A stretch of DNA of 64,000 nucleotides from Candidatus Woesearchaeota archaeon (GCA_964594115.1 CAZQLD010000003.1:4225-68224), one strand, 5' to 3'. Counted from the first letter of the stretch, positions 51,501-60,879 are shown. The notes: generated from the letters alone by a model not told the origin. Translations and numbers: made by a program.

Positions 51501-52394
51501 ATGCCTCTGGTTGAAAAAATAAGTCAAATGCAAAAACAGGGTTTAAAAGAAGGTGAAATAATGCAAAAATTGCGAGAAGAGGGGATTTCTCCACGTGAGA
51601 TAAATGAAGCTTTAGAACAAAGTAAAGTAAAATCAGCTGTTTCTAATTCAGATGACATTCCTAGTTTAATAGAATCTTCTCCTAGAAGAAATAGACCTGG
51701 AGAATTTTTTGGACAAGAAATAAGTGGACAGCTTATGCCTGAAATGCAAGTTAAAGAAACAAGATTCCCAACAAATGCCCCGCCAATGCAACAACAAATG
51801 CCTCCATCTACCCAAGAGACAATGCCCCCTCCAATACAAGAAGTGCCTGAAGAGATGCCTGAAGAAATGCAGTTTGAACCACCTCCCCAAATACAAGAAG
51901 CAGGAACTGGAGAATTTAGAGAAGAAGCATACCCCCCTACATACCCAGAGTATGAATATCCTGAACAAGCAATAGACACAGACATAATGACAGAAGTTGC
52001 AGAGCAAATAATATATGAAAAAACAGAAAAACTGCAACAACAAATCTCTGAGCTATTAGGATTTAAAGTAGAGACAGAGGGAAGAGTCAGTAATATACAT
52101 GAAAGATTAAGAAGAATAGAAATGATGATAGACAAACTACAAACTTCTATTTTAGGAGAAATTGGAAATTATGGAAAAAACATTTCGGACTTAAAAGATG
52201 AAATGATAGCAACACAAGACTCATTTTCCAAAATTCTCACTCCACTGTCCGAAAACATGGAAAAATTAAAAAAAATAAGCAAGTCTTCTCCAAAAACAAC
52301 AAAAACCAAAACAGTCACAAAAGAAAAAAAGGAAAAGAAAAAACCAAAAAGAAAGACAAAAAAAGATACTTTTGAGAATTATTTAAGAAGTTAA
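51501..52394 (+). CDS. 297-aa protein: small N-terminal helical domain, Pro/Gln/Glu-rich linker, coiled-coil, Lys-rich tail
   Basis: N-terminus ISQMQKQGLKEGEIMQKLREEGISPREINEALEQ. Linker PPMQQQMPPSTQETMPPPIQEVPEEMPEEMQFEPPPQIQE. The C-terminal IHERLRRIEMMIDKLQTSILGEI resembles the 108-aa neighbour. Confidence 0.5.
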   Translation: MPLVEKISQMQKQGLKEGEIMQKLREEGISPREINEALEQSKVKSAVSNSDDIPSLIESSPRRNRPGEFFGQEISGQLMPEMQVKETRFPTNAPPMQQQMPPSTQETMPPPIQEVPEEMPEEMQFEPPPQIQEAGTGEFREEAYPPTYPEYEYPEQAIDTDIMTEVAEQIIYEKTEKLQQQISELLGFKVETEGRVSNIHERLRRIEMMIDKLQTSILGEIGNYGKNISDLKDEMIATQDSFSKILTPLSENMEKLKKISKSSPKTTKTKTVTKEKKEKKKPKRKTKKDTFENYLRS

Positions 52395-52396
52395 GT

Positions 52397-53611
52397 CTAA
52401 TTTTCTAATGCTTCTAATAATTTTTTTTCTGTTGTTGTTACATGTCCGACAAACTTGTCTGCTGCCCCATAAAAACCATGAACTATTCCTTCACTAGAAA
52501 TTGCATATCCTGTTGGAAAAACAACACTTCCAGCTACTAATCCTTCTCTTTCCCAAGGCTCTGTAGCTGAATAAAGAGGTTTTCTAGTTCTTGCTAAAAC
52601 TTTCTGAGGATTTTGACTATCTAATAAAACTGCCCCCCATTGATAGTTTCTCTTAGGAAACAAACTAGCTCCATGATAACTTAACAATACTCCTTGTTCT
52701 AATTTTAAAGGAGGCCCTCCCAAACCTATATGACTTTTCTCCCAATCATATTTTCTCTCTAATAAAATATATTTCTCCAACTTGCTCACTATATCTACCC
52801 AAAACTCATGTTTTGCTAAATCTTCAAAACTTTTAATATAAATAATCTGGATATCTGGAAGAAGCCTTATAACAATCCCATAATACTCAATTACTCCTTC
52901 TCCAATATCTGTCATTACTTTATTTGGCCATAAACAACAATCTTTCACACCCAAAATAGGAGTCTCTGGAAGATCCTGACGCCTAGATTTCTTTGCCTCT
53001 TCTAATGTCTGTCTGCCAAAACTAGCCTCCCAAATTTTCTTATAACGCTCTTGCCTAACAAGAGATATTGCTTCTTCTGCAATTATATTTGGGAAAAAAA
53101 TATTAAATTGCTCCCATTTAGAAAAATCTTTTGGGCTGTTCCTAAAAGTTCTAACATAAGAAGTTCTTGTATCAAATCCATTAAAATTAACAAGAAATCC
53201 GTGTAAAGGAGCTTCTTCAGATAATTTTATTGCTCTGAAATCTTCAACACCCATTCTTCCATGAGGAGCCTCTGCCTGAAAAACAGTCTGCTCTTCAGGA
53301 AATAATTTAACATCAAGGCCTTGCAAACGACCCTGTCTTTTTACAATACAAGACTTCTTAACATTAGCTTTTTTATAACACTCTCTATAAATAAGTCTTG
53401 GAAACAGAGTAATCTTATCTTTATCTTCAGTATCCTGAACAACAAGTGCATTTGTTATTCCTAATCTCTCAAACCCTCCCCCTGTTCTTAATCCTTGTGG
53501 AGGAATAAACTGATTTTCTTTAGGAGATAATAAAACTTTCTTTAAACCTAAACGAGTTTCACTCTCTTTTTTAGAATCTTGTCTCGGCGGTGGCTCATCT
53601 AAAGCTTCCAT
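52397..53611 (-). CDS. GH130-like glycoside phosphorylase/hydrolase
   Basis: GVEDFRAI, KDCCLWP, GLGGPPLKLEQGVLLSYHGAS, WGAVLLDSQNPQKVL, GSVVFPTGY, HGFYGAADKFVG match GH130 landmarks from memory. Confidence 0.6.
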   Translation of the reverse strand: MEALDEPPPRQDSKKESETRLGLKKVLLSPKENQFIPPQGLRTGGGFERLGITNALVVQDTEDKDKITLFPRLIYRECYKKANVKKSCIVKRQGRLQGLDVKLFPEEQTVFQAEAPHGRMGVEDFRAIKLSEEAPLHGFLVNFNGFDTRTSYVRTFRNSPKDFSKWEQFNIFFPNIIAEEAISLVRQERYKKIWEASFGRQTLEEAKKSRRQDLPETPILGVKDCCLWPNKVMTDIGEGVIEYYGIVIRLLPDIQIIYIKSFEDLAKHEFWVDIVSKLEKYILLERKYDWEKSHIGLGGPPLKLEQGVLLSYHGASLFPKRNYQWGAVLLDSQNPQKVLARTRKPLYSATEPWEREGLVAGSVVFPTGYAISSEGIVHGFYGAADKFVGHVTTTEKKLLEALEN

Positions 53612-53788
53612 GACCCTTTTACACTAAATTTTAAAGTATTTAAACATTGAGAAAAGCTTAAATACCTGAATAGATACCACTAATAAGTTACAATAAACAG
53701 AAAGATTTATAAATACTATTTACTAAATAAAAATAAGATTAAAGGAAATAAGGTTTTAGAAAAAGCTTAATCAAAAACAATAACTAAA

Positions 53789-54289
53789 ATGGCAATAGAT
53801 TTTTCATGGATAAGTGAAGGGCTACCTATTTTTGGCTTTGCCCTTATCTTTGTTTTAGTTTATGCTATACTTGCAAAAACAAAGATTTTTGGAAGTAAGT
53901 GGATTAATGCTATAATGGGATTTATTTTTGCTGTTATTTTCTTATCATTTTCTCACGTTAGAGATTATATTGTAAATGCAACTGTCTGGTTCACTGTTCT
54001 TATGACAATATTGTTTTTCTTTTTATTAATAATTGTATTTGTAATTAAAGAACCTGAATCTTTTATGAAACCCCTCACAATAGTCTTTATTGTCTTACTA
54101 GGTTTAATCTTGATTATAACACTTTTCTACTCTTTTCCAAGCACCCAAGCTTATCTTCCAGGGACAAGTGAAGCAGGAGCAAATGATTTTTTACTAAGAA
54201 TAAAACATTTTGTTCTTGGAACAAAATTTCTCAATGGAGCCTTGCTCTTAATAATTGCTATTATAGTAGGATTTCTCATAACAAGATAA
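53789..54289 (+). CDS. Small polytopic membrane protein, paralog family member 1
   Basis: LPIFGFALIFVLVYAILAKTKIFGSKWINAIMGFIFAV shares an N-terminal motif with 54304..54852 and 54946..55455. Confidence 0.55.
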   Translation: MAIDFSWISEGLPIFGFALIFVLVYAILAKTKIFGSKWINAIMGFIFAVIFLSFSHVRDYIVNATVWFTVLMTILFFFLLIIVFVIKEPESFMKPLTIVFIVLLGLILIITLFYSFPSTQAYLPGTSEAGANDFLLRIKHFVLGTKFLNGALLLIIAIIVGFLITR

Positions 54290-54303
54290 TTCTATAAGAA
54301 AAA

Positions 54304-54852
54304 TTAAGTAGTTTTGATTGTGTTCTGCTGACCTTTTGCTGCTAAAACTATCAAAACTATCAAACCTATAACAACTATTCCTACAATTATTGCATTAAGA
54401 TACTCACGCCACCACCAAGCTCCCCATAAAAAGGTTTCATAAGAAGATAAAGCAGATAAAACAACGATTACTGCTATTACCATAGCTATGCTAAAAAAAG
54501 TAATTCTCCACCATCTTTCCTGGCTTGTAAAAAATAGCCCCGTCAGTATTAAACCTACTAAAAGTATTGCTATGCCAATTCCTGCATAAGGAAAAAGGAC
54601 TCGGAAAAAACTACGAAAACCAGGAGAAGTTATAGATAACAAAGCTACAGCCAAAGCAATAACCATATTAATCCCCCTATACTCTCCTATAATCTGTGAT
54701 TTCACTAATATTCCAAAAACAACTGCAAAAACTAATAAAAAGGGAACAACAAACTCAAATACTCCCATATACTCCCAATCCTGCAGAATATCTGCTACAC
54801 TACTTCCTCCCCATGCATAAAATACTGTTAATAAGTTGGACATCACACTCAT
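54304..54852 (-). CDS. Small polytopic membrane protein, paralog family member 2
   Basis: VVPFLLVFAVVFGILVKSQIIGEYRGINMVIALAV. Cassette D promoter with AAAGAGG SD. Confidence 0.55.
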   Translation of the reverse strand: MSVMSNLLTVFYAWGGSSVADILQDWEYMGVFEFVVPFLLVFAVVFGILVKSQIIGEYRGINMVIALAVALLSITSPGFRSFFRVLFPYAGIGIAILLVGLILTGLFFTSQERWWRITFFSIAMVIAVIVVLSALSSYETFLWGAWWWREYLNAIIVGIVVIGLIVLIVLAAKGQQNTIKTT

Positions 54853-54864
54853 TTTTCCTCTTTA

Positions 54865-54904
54865 TTTCTTTCTTCCTAAGTTCTTTCTTTTTTAAAGAAA
54901 GAGG
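54865..54904 (-). promoter_or_regulatory. Cassette D upstream of membrane paralog 2
   Basis: 39/40 identical to cassette A (radA). Ends 12 nt before ATG 54852. Confidence 0.6.
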
Positions 54905-54945
54905 CTATGTTTAAATATGTTTTGGTTCTTTAGCTTTTCTCCCCC

Positions 54946-55455
54946 TTATTCGCTAGAACCCCCGCTTTTTTTCCCAGAAGTAAGAACAATTGCTATAGCT
55001 CCTCCAATTATAGCAATTACTAAAAAATTAATCAGGATTTTTCCAGCATAATCTCTCTCTACTACTGCATTATAGATATAATCCCATGCTCCTGTTATCC
55101 ACAAAACAGCCACTATAACTGCCAAACCAAAAATAATTCCTAAAGCAATTTTTAGTCCTTTATTTAAAACATCTCCTTCTTTTTTAGCACTTATAAAACC
55201 ATAAAGCAGCATAAAAACAAATAAAATAACAAGAGATACAACAAAAAAAGGTATAAGCTTTATGATAATATTTCTTGCAAAAGGAAATCCTATCAAAATT
55301 ATGCCAATAACAAAGCTCATTATAGCATTAATCTGCTTCTTTCCTTCTCCTAGTAGCTTTGTCTTATCAAGAATTGCAAAAACTAAAGTAAAAACTAGTA
55401 AAAACGGCAAGATAATATCAACAAATATTGGGTCTGAAAAGATAGTTTCAACCAT
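54946..55455 (-). CDS. Small polytopic membrane protein, paralog family member 3
   Basis: IILPFLLVFTLVFAILDKTKLLGEGKKQINAIMSFVIGI. Cassette E2 promoter. Confidence 0.55.
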   Translation of the reverse strand: MVETIFSDPIFVDIILPFLLVFTLVFAILDKTKLLGEGKKQINAIMSFVIGIILIGFPFARNIIIKLIPFFVVSLVILFVFMLLYGFISAKKEGDVLNKGLKIALGIIFGLAVIVAVLWITGAWDYIYNAVVERDYAGKILINFLVIAIIGGAIAIVLTSGKKSGGSSE

Positions 55456-55497
55456 TTTCTCTTTTTATTCTAAACTTAAAAGTTTACCTCTTTTATA

Positions 55498-55558
55498 AAT
55501 TTTCTTTCTTAGTTTTTTCTTTCTAAATGTTTCCTTGGTTCTAAAAAAGAAAGTTTGC
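55498..55558 (-). promoter_or_regulatory. Cassette E2 upstream of membrane paralog 3
   Basis: Near-identical to cassette E1 (43105..43164) apart from the central 7-8 nt. Confidence 0.55.
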
Positions 55559-55567
55559 ATCTTTTAT

Positions 55568-55867
55568 TTATAACTCAATTTCTTCTTCTTCTGAAATTTC
55601 TGCTTCTGCTAATTCATCTTGCATAGGAAGACTTGCTTTACTGACAATACAAACATCTCCAATTGCCTTAACAAATTGATGAGGAATCACAACTCCTCTT
55701 GCCCCTCCTAAAAAAGAACCTATGCCTCCTGCAACCTTAATTCTCCAGCTGTCTACTTTGTTCTCAACAAGATTCACTTCTTCTATTTCACCAAAATAAT
55801 CTCCTGAATCTGTATAAACTCTTTTACCTACGACTTCTGATATCTTTTTTATTTTGATTGGCATCAA
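55568..55867 (-). CDS. PRC-barrel domain protein
   Basis: ISEVVGKRVYTDSGDYFGEIEEVNLVENKVDSWRIKV. Acidic tail. Confidence 0.55.
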   Translation of the reverse strand: MMPIKIKKISEVVGKRVYTDSGDYFGEIEEVNLVENKVDSWRIKVAGGIGSFLGGARGVVIPHQFVKAIGDVCIVSKASLPMQDELAEAEISEEEEIEL

Positions 55868-55970
55868 TACAAAAAAAGAAAGTAGTTTATATATTTTTCT
55901 ATAGAGAAAAATATATTATTAAGAAGTTGCTAAGGGATAGATTTATAAAAATTCATTGGTTTAAATTCTT

Positions 55971-56612
55971 ATGTTTAAACTGAAAGAGCTAGGAAACATA
56001 ATAATTGTAATAATATTATTTGCATTCCTAATACGTTTTCTGCAAGATCTCAATGCATTCTTAACTGGCTTAATAATTGCTTTTGCGATAATAACTGTTA
56101 ATATTCTTACAAAAAAAATTATGGCCTCTTATCTTGAGGCAGAAATAGAACAGAAAATATGGCATTTTCAAAGATGGGGTTATTACACGAGAAGTCAGTT
56201 TAAAAAACCAAAACCAATAGGAGCTATCTTGCCGTTTATCCTTGTCTGGCTTTCTTATCCAACTGGCTTTCTCAAACTACTGACATTTTTACAGTTTGAT
56301 GTTAAACCTACTTCTGCAAGAGCAGCTAAAAGACACGGACTTCACAGATACATTGAAATGACAGAATGGCATATAGCCTTAATCGCAGGAATCGGAATTT
56401 TTGCAAATCTTGTGCTCGCAATAATTGCATATATAATTGGCAATCCAATTATGTTAGATATAGCTAAATATAGTATTTATTATGCCGCATGGAACATGCT
56501 TCCAATAAGTCAACTAGATGGAACAAAAATCTTTTTTGGAAGTAGGATATTGTATACCCTTTTAGCAATATTAACGCTAATTAGTTTAGGATATGCTTTG
56601 TTTTTAGTATAA
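55971..56612 (+). CDS. M50 (site-2 protease)-like membrane protein lacking HExxH
   Basis: AWNMLPISQLDGTKIF matches the NxxPxxxLDG motif. No HExxH anywhere in the 213 aa. Confidence 0.4.
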   Translation: MFKLKELGNIIIVIILFAFLIRFLQDLNAFLTGLIIAFAIITVNILTKKIMASYLEAEIEQKIWHFQRWGYYTRSQFKKPKPIGAILPFILVWLSYPTGFLKLLTFLQFDVKPTSARAAKRHGLHRYIEMTEWHIALIAGIGIFANLVLAIIAYIIGNPIMLDIAKYSIYYAAWNMLPISQLDGTKIFFGSRILYTLLAILTLISLGYALFLV

Positions 56613-56646
56613 TTAGTTATATAAACTATTCTTATCTTCAAATAAA

Positions 56647-58212
56647 ATGCCAGACAAGGTCCTAAAAACAATAAAGCCAAGAAAATACCAGCAGGAAATC
56701 TATGAAACTTGCAAAGATAAAAACTGTCTTGTAGTTCTTCCAACAGGAATTGGAAAAACCCTTGTTGCGTTAATGCTCTCTATTAACAGACAGAAAACCG
56801 TTCCTGGAACAAAAACTCTTTTTTTAGCCCCAACAAAGCCTTTAGCCGAACAACACGAATCTTATTTTAAAAAGCATCTTCCAGAATTATTTGCAACCAT
56901 GGAGCTTTTTACAGGAAAAGTAAAAGCAGAAAAAAGGAGAAAATTATGGCAAAACGCTGATATCATATTTTCAACACCCCAGTGTGTTGCAAATGACATA
57001 AAAAGCAATCTTTATGATTTAAAACTTGTCTCGCTCTTAATTGAAGATGAATGCCATCGCTGTCTTAAAAATTATGCTTATACTTTTGTAGCAAAAAAAT
57101 ACAAAGAACAGGCCGAACATCCAAGAATACTGGGACTAACCGCAAGCCCAGGAACAGAAAAAGAGAAAATTAGGAAGATAGCTGAAAATCTTGAAATTGA
57201 AACTATTGAATTAAGAACAAGAGAGAGCGAGGATGTTAAAGAGTATCTTCAGGAATTAGAGTTCAAAATTATAAAATTAGAGTTTCCAGAAGAATTCAGA
57301 GAAATAACAAAAATGATAAGAAAACTTTATGAAAAAAAAGTGCAAGAAATAAAAAACAGAAAACTTATTTTTAAACCCGCAAATAAAATAAGTCTTTTAG
57401 AAACCCAAAGTAAAATTATGAAAGCTATTTCATCAGGAAACCGGCATTTTAATTATTTAATGGGTGCAAGTGTTTGTGCCCAGGCAATTAAACTCTCTCA
57501 CCTAATAGAACTTTTAGAAACCCAAACCCTCCATACCTCTTTAAATTATATCAAATCAATTTTTGAACAGGCAAATCAAAACAAATCAAAAGCAGCAAAA
57601 CAAATAGCTAAAAATCCGGAATTTAATTCAGCATATGTTAAAGTGACTGATTTGATATCAAGAAAACTTGAACACCCAAAACTTTTTGAATTGCATTCAA
57701 TTATAGAAGAGTCAATTGAAAAAAATCCTAAAAGCAAGATTATTGTATTCTCCCAGTATAGGGACACTGTAATTAAAATCTGTAAAACCCTTAATCAAAT
57801 TCCAAATATAAATGCAAAGGTTTTTGTCGGACAGAGTAAAAAAAGAGAATCAGGACTTTCACAAAAAGAACAGCACGAGATTTTAAGTGAATTCAAACAG
57901 GGAAAAATCAATATAATCTGCTCAACATCAATAGGAGAAGAAGGGCTTGATATTCCAGAAGTTAATTCTGTTATTTTTTATGAGCCTATCCCTTCTGCAA
58001 TCAGAAAAATTCAGAGGGCAGGAAGAACAGCAAGATTAATGAAAGGAAAACTAGTCATCTTGCTAACAAAAGATACGCTTGACGAAATATTTTATTATGC
58101 ATCAAGAGCAAAAGAAAAAAGAATGTATAAGGCAATTGACAGTATAAAATCAGATTTGGATAATAAACCTATAAGAAAAGAACCTAAAAAAGCTCAAAAA
58201 ACCTTATTTTAA
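56647..58212 (+). CDS. hef: Hef-type SF2 helicase (stand-alone helicase half)
   Basis: LPTGIGKT (I), IEDECHRC (II, DExH), LGLTASPG (III), QRAGRTAR (VI). Inserted helical domain between the RecA lobes. Confidence 0.8.
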   Translation: MPDKVLKTIKPRKYQQEIYETCKDKNCLVVLPTGIGKTLVALMLSINRQKTVPGTKTLFLAPTKPLAEQHESYFKKHLPELFATMELFTGKVKAEKRRKLWQNADIIFSTPQCVANDIKSNLYDLKLVSLLIEDECHRCLKNYAYTFVAKKYKEQAEHPRILGLTASPGTEKEKIRKIAENLEIETIELRTRESEDVKEYLQELEFKIIKLEFPEEFREITKMIRKLYEKKVQEIKNRKLIFKPANKISLLETQSKIMKAISSGNRHFNYLMGASVCAQAIKLSHLIELLETQTLHTSLNYIKSIFEQANQNKSKAAKQIAKNPEFNSAYVKVTDLISRKLEHPKLFELHSIIEESIEKNPKSKIIVFSQYRDTVIKICKTLNQIPNINAKVFVGQSKKRESGLSQKEQHEILSEFKQGKINIICSTSIGEEGLDIPEVNSVIFYEPIPSAIRKIQRAGRTARLMKGKLVILLTKDTLDEIFYYASRAKEKRMYKAIDSIKSDLDNKPIRKEPKKAQKTLF

Positions 58213-58275
58213 CCAAAAACAGAGTATATATCCTATCTTAACAAAACTTATAAATCATTTTTAATCTAAAAACTA

Positions 58276-59340
58276 ATGCCAGAAATATATCAGTTTAAAG
58301 TACATAAGGCAACAGCAGAATATAATGGAGAATCCTTAATTATTAAACTTTGGTATCCTAAGAATCCTCAGATTATTAAGGAACGATTAGGAGCCAATCC
58401 AGAATGGGGTGTAAAAGTTCTTGAAACTCTCATAAGTAAAGGCTTTGCCAATTTAGCTAATAAAAATAATCCGGTTAAACCTCCAAGCGCAGGTTCTTTG
58501 ATTGTTCTAAACGATGAAGTATTTGTCTGCCACAGAAGAGACAGATACGCGCCAACACATAAATTATACCATAGTGCTTCTGCAGGCTTTCCTCAAAACA
58601 AACGAGCTCTTTTTACTAAAAAAGGACTTCTAGACCTTGCCTTAACAGAAACAGCAGAAGAAACTCTTTTAACAAGAGATAAAAAACCAAGATTAGTAGT
58701 AACTCCAGAACTAGAAAAATACATAATAGAATCGTCCAAAAGACTAGGATTTGACTTACAAACATATAAAGTAAAAGAAGAGCTTGCAACCGGTAAAGAC
58801 ACTTTAGAAGTTTATAACTATGCTGGAGAGCTTATTTTTTCTGCTAAAGGTTTTTTAAATATAATGTTTGATGCAGATACAAGCATAAGTTTTTTACAAC
58901 TAAGATATCTTGATATTTCTTCAAAAGAAGTTCTGCCAGTAGATGCTGAAGGAAAACTAGAGGGAACCTTTGAACATTATAATAGAGAATCTTTTTTAAT
59001 TCACACTAAAGAAATTGAAGGATTAAAATTTGCCTCTCCTTTAAAAAATCCAAGAGTTTTCCAAACAAAATTAGGAGGAAGATTTCCTAAAATATATACT
59101 CCCAAACTCTCTCCTGAAAACTACCTGGGCCCAGGAGCAACTCTTGTCACACAACCTTATCTTTTTGCTCCAGAAGATTTACTAACTGCTTGTTTAGATG
59201 GATTAGGAGTAAAAGGCTATAAAGGAAGAAAACTGTATCTAGAACTCTGGAAAGAAAAAACATTATTAAAAGACGCTGATGGAAAAATAGAGAATATAAA
59301 CGAATCCTGCTTAATCCCCAAAGAATTTTTGAGAAAATGA
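58276..59340 (+). CDS. Hypothetical 354-aa protein inside the split Hef operon
   Basis: ORF only. ATGA overlap with the downstream phosphatase gene. Possible Nudix-fold remnant (LALTETAEETLL), unconvincing. Confidence 0.45.
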   Translation: MPEIYQFKVHKATAEYNGESLIIKLWYPKNPQIIKERLGANPEWGVKVLETLISKGFANLANKNNPVKPPSAGSLIVLNDEVFVCHRRDRYAPTHKLYHSASAGFPQNKRALFTKKGLLDLALTETAEETLLTRDKKPRLVVTPELEKYIIESSKRLGFDLQTYKVKEELATGKDTLEVYNYAGELIFSAKGFLNIMFDADTSISFLQLRYLDISSKEVLPVDAEGKLEGTFEHYNRESFLIHTKEIEGLKFASPLKNPRVFQTKLGGRFPKIYTPKLSPENYLGPGATLVTQPYLFAPEDLLTACLDGLGVKGYKGRKLYLELWKEKTLLKDADGKIENINESCLIPKEFLRK

Positions 59341-59903
59341 AGGCTGTATTTTTAGACAGAGATGGGGTAGTTATTAAAGATACACATCATTTACACAGCA
59401 TAAAAGATGTGGAACTTCTTCCAAAAGCAGCAGAAGCTATAAGAAAATTAAATGAAAAGGATTATAAAGCTATTATAATTACAAACCAGCCAGTTGTTGC
59501 TCGGGGGCTTTGCACAGAAGAAGAAGCTATAGAAATAAATAATTATATAAAAGAATTATTACTAAAAGAAAACGCAAGAATTGATGCTGTTTATTACTGC
59601 CCTCATCACCCAACAGCAGGGGATAACCCAAAATATACAAAAGTATGCGAGTGCAGAAAACCAAAACCGGGAATGATATTACAAGCAGCTAGAGATTTCA
59701 AAATAAATAATCTTGAAGAGTGCTTTATAGTAGGAGATACAACAGGGGATATAAAAGCTGGAAAAGCAGCAGGATGCAAAACTATTCTAGTTAAAACAGG
59801 CTACGGGGGGAAGGATGGCTTTCAAGATGCTATTCCAGATTATACAACAGATAACCTTTATACTGCAGTTGCTTCAATAATACTAAAGGAAAATAATATA
59901 TAG
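59337..59903 (+). CDS. HAD-IIIA phosphatase (GmhB/HisB-N-like)
   Basis: VFLDRDGVV (DxDG), ITNQP, YYCPHHP..CECRKPKPGM (zinc site plus catalytic Lys), GDTTGDIKAGKAAG. Confidence 0.75.
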   Translation: MKAVFLDRDGVVIKDTHHLHSIKDVELLPKAAEAIRKLNEKDYKAIIITNQPVVARGLCTEEEAIEINNYIKELLLKENARIDAVYYCPHHPTAGDNPKYTKVCECRKPKPGMILQAARDFKINNLEECFIVGDTTGDIKAGKAAGCKTILVKTGYGGKDGFQDAIPDYTTDNLYTAVASIILKENNI

Positions 59904-59923
59904 GTTCATATTCTTTCTCTAAA

Positions 59924-60547
59924 ATGAAACTTATAGCTGACCTTCATGAAAAAAACTCATTAGTCGCATCAGAGCTTGTTAGTTTAGGTGTGAATGTTGA
60001 ATTCAAACATCTGAAAGTAGCAGATTATCTTATTGGGGAGGTTGCAGTAGAAAGAAAAACAATTTCTGATTTTATAAACAGTATGATAAATAAAAGACTT
60101 CTTCGTCAACTAGAGGAATTAAAACAATACGCAAAAAGACTCTTGATTATAGAAGGGATTGAAGAACAAGAGCTTTACAATGATGAGCCAGAAGGAATGC
60201 ACGGAAACTCAATAAGAGGCATGCTTCTCTACACTTCTTTAGAAGCAAACTGCCCAATAATTTTTTCAAAAGATTATAAAGATACTGCTAAATTCCTTTT
60301 TCTTATAGCAAGAAGAATGGAAAAAACAAAAACTCCAATCTCTTTACACGCAAAAAAAAGAAACCTCTCATTTAAAGAGCAAAAACAATATATTTTAGAA
60401 TCATTTCCAGGAATCGGCCCAGCAACAGCAAAAAAACTTCTTAAAAAATTTAAAACAATTAACAACATAATTAATGCTCCAGATGAAGAATTAGAAAAGA
60501 TTTTGAAGAGTAAGATGAAACATTTCAGGAAGCTTTTAGCCAGTTAA
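59924..60547 (+). CDS. ERCC4-type nuclease (XPF/Hef nuclease half) with C-terminal (HhH)2
   Basis: ADYLIGEVAVERKTISDF (GDx..ERKxxxD) and FPGIGPATAKKLLKKFKTINNIINA. Confidence 0.8.
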   Translation: MKLIADLHEKNSLVASELVSLGVNVEFKHLKVADYLIGEVAVERKTISDFINSMINKRLLRQLEELKQYAKRLLIIEGIEEQELYNDEPEGMHGNSIRGMLLYTSLEANCPIIFSKDYKDTAKFLFLIARRMEKTKTPISLHAKKRNLSFKEQKQYILESFPGIGPATAKKLLKKFKTINNIINAPDEELEKILKSKMKHFRKLLAS

Positions 60548-60879
60548 GGTTTTAAAAACTTGTTAGTATCAATAAAATATCTTTCCAAAAAAACACCTAC
60601 ATCAATCGTATAATCATCTTCTTCACCATGTCTCTCAGCTTTATAAGAAGGAATTATTGCAACTGGAATTGAATTATCTATATGCCACTGTGTATTGTAA
60701 AAAAGATTTTGCATATAACTAAAAATTGCAACACTATATTCTGGCTTTATTTTACAAGAGCTATGGAGAACAATTCTTTTTGGATTCAAACCTTTGGGAT
60801 TTAGGCTATTTTTTCCTTGAATATCTCTAACACTTTCACTAACTAATTCTTCAATTTTTTCTTTCAAATGTTTTCTCAT
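60544..60879 (-). CDS. Hypothetical 111-aa protein
   Basis: ORF only. Confidence 0.35.
   Translation of the reverse strand: MRKHLKEKIEELVSESVRDIQGKNSLNPKGLNPKRIVLHSSCKIKPEYSVAIFSYMQNLFYNTQWHIDNSIPVAIIPSYKAERHGEEDDYTIDVGVFLERYFIDTNKFLKP

Noticed and set aside
51524-52135. Tracked antisense and alternative-frame ORFs (also 51666..52043 and 51724..51975)
   Set aside because: They are shadows of the low-complexity Pro/Gln/Glu linker in the 297-aa plus-strand ORF.
55868-55900. Partial cassette-like sequence (AAAAAAAGAAAGTAGTTTAT) upstream of the PRC-barrel gene
   Set aside because: Only about 14 nt resemble the E-type element. That is too short to separate from the A/G-rich background.
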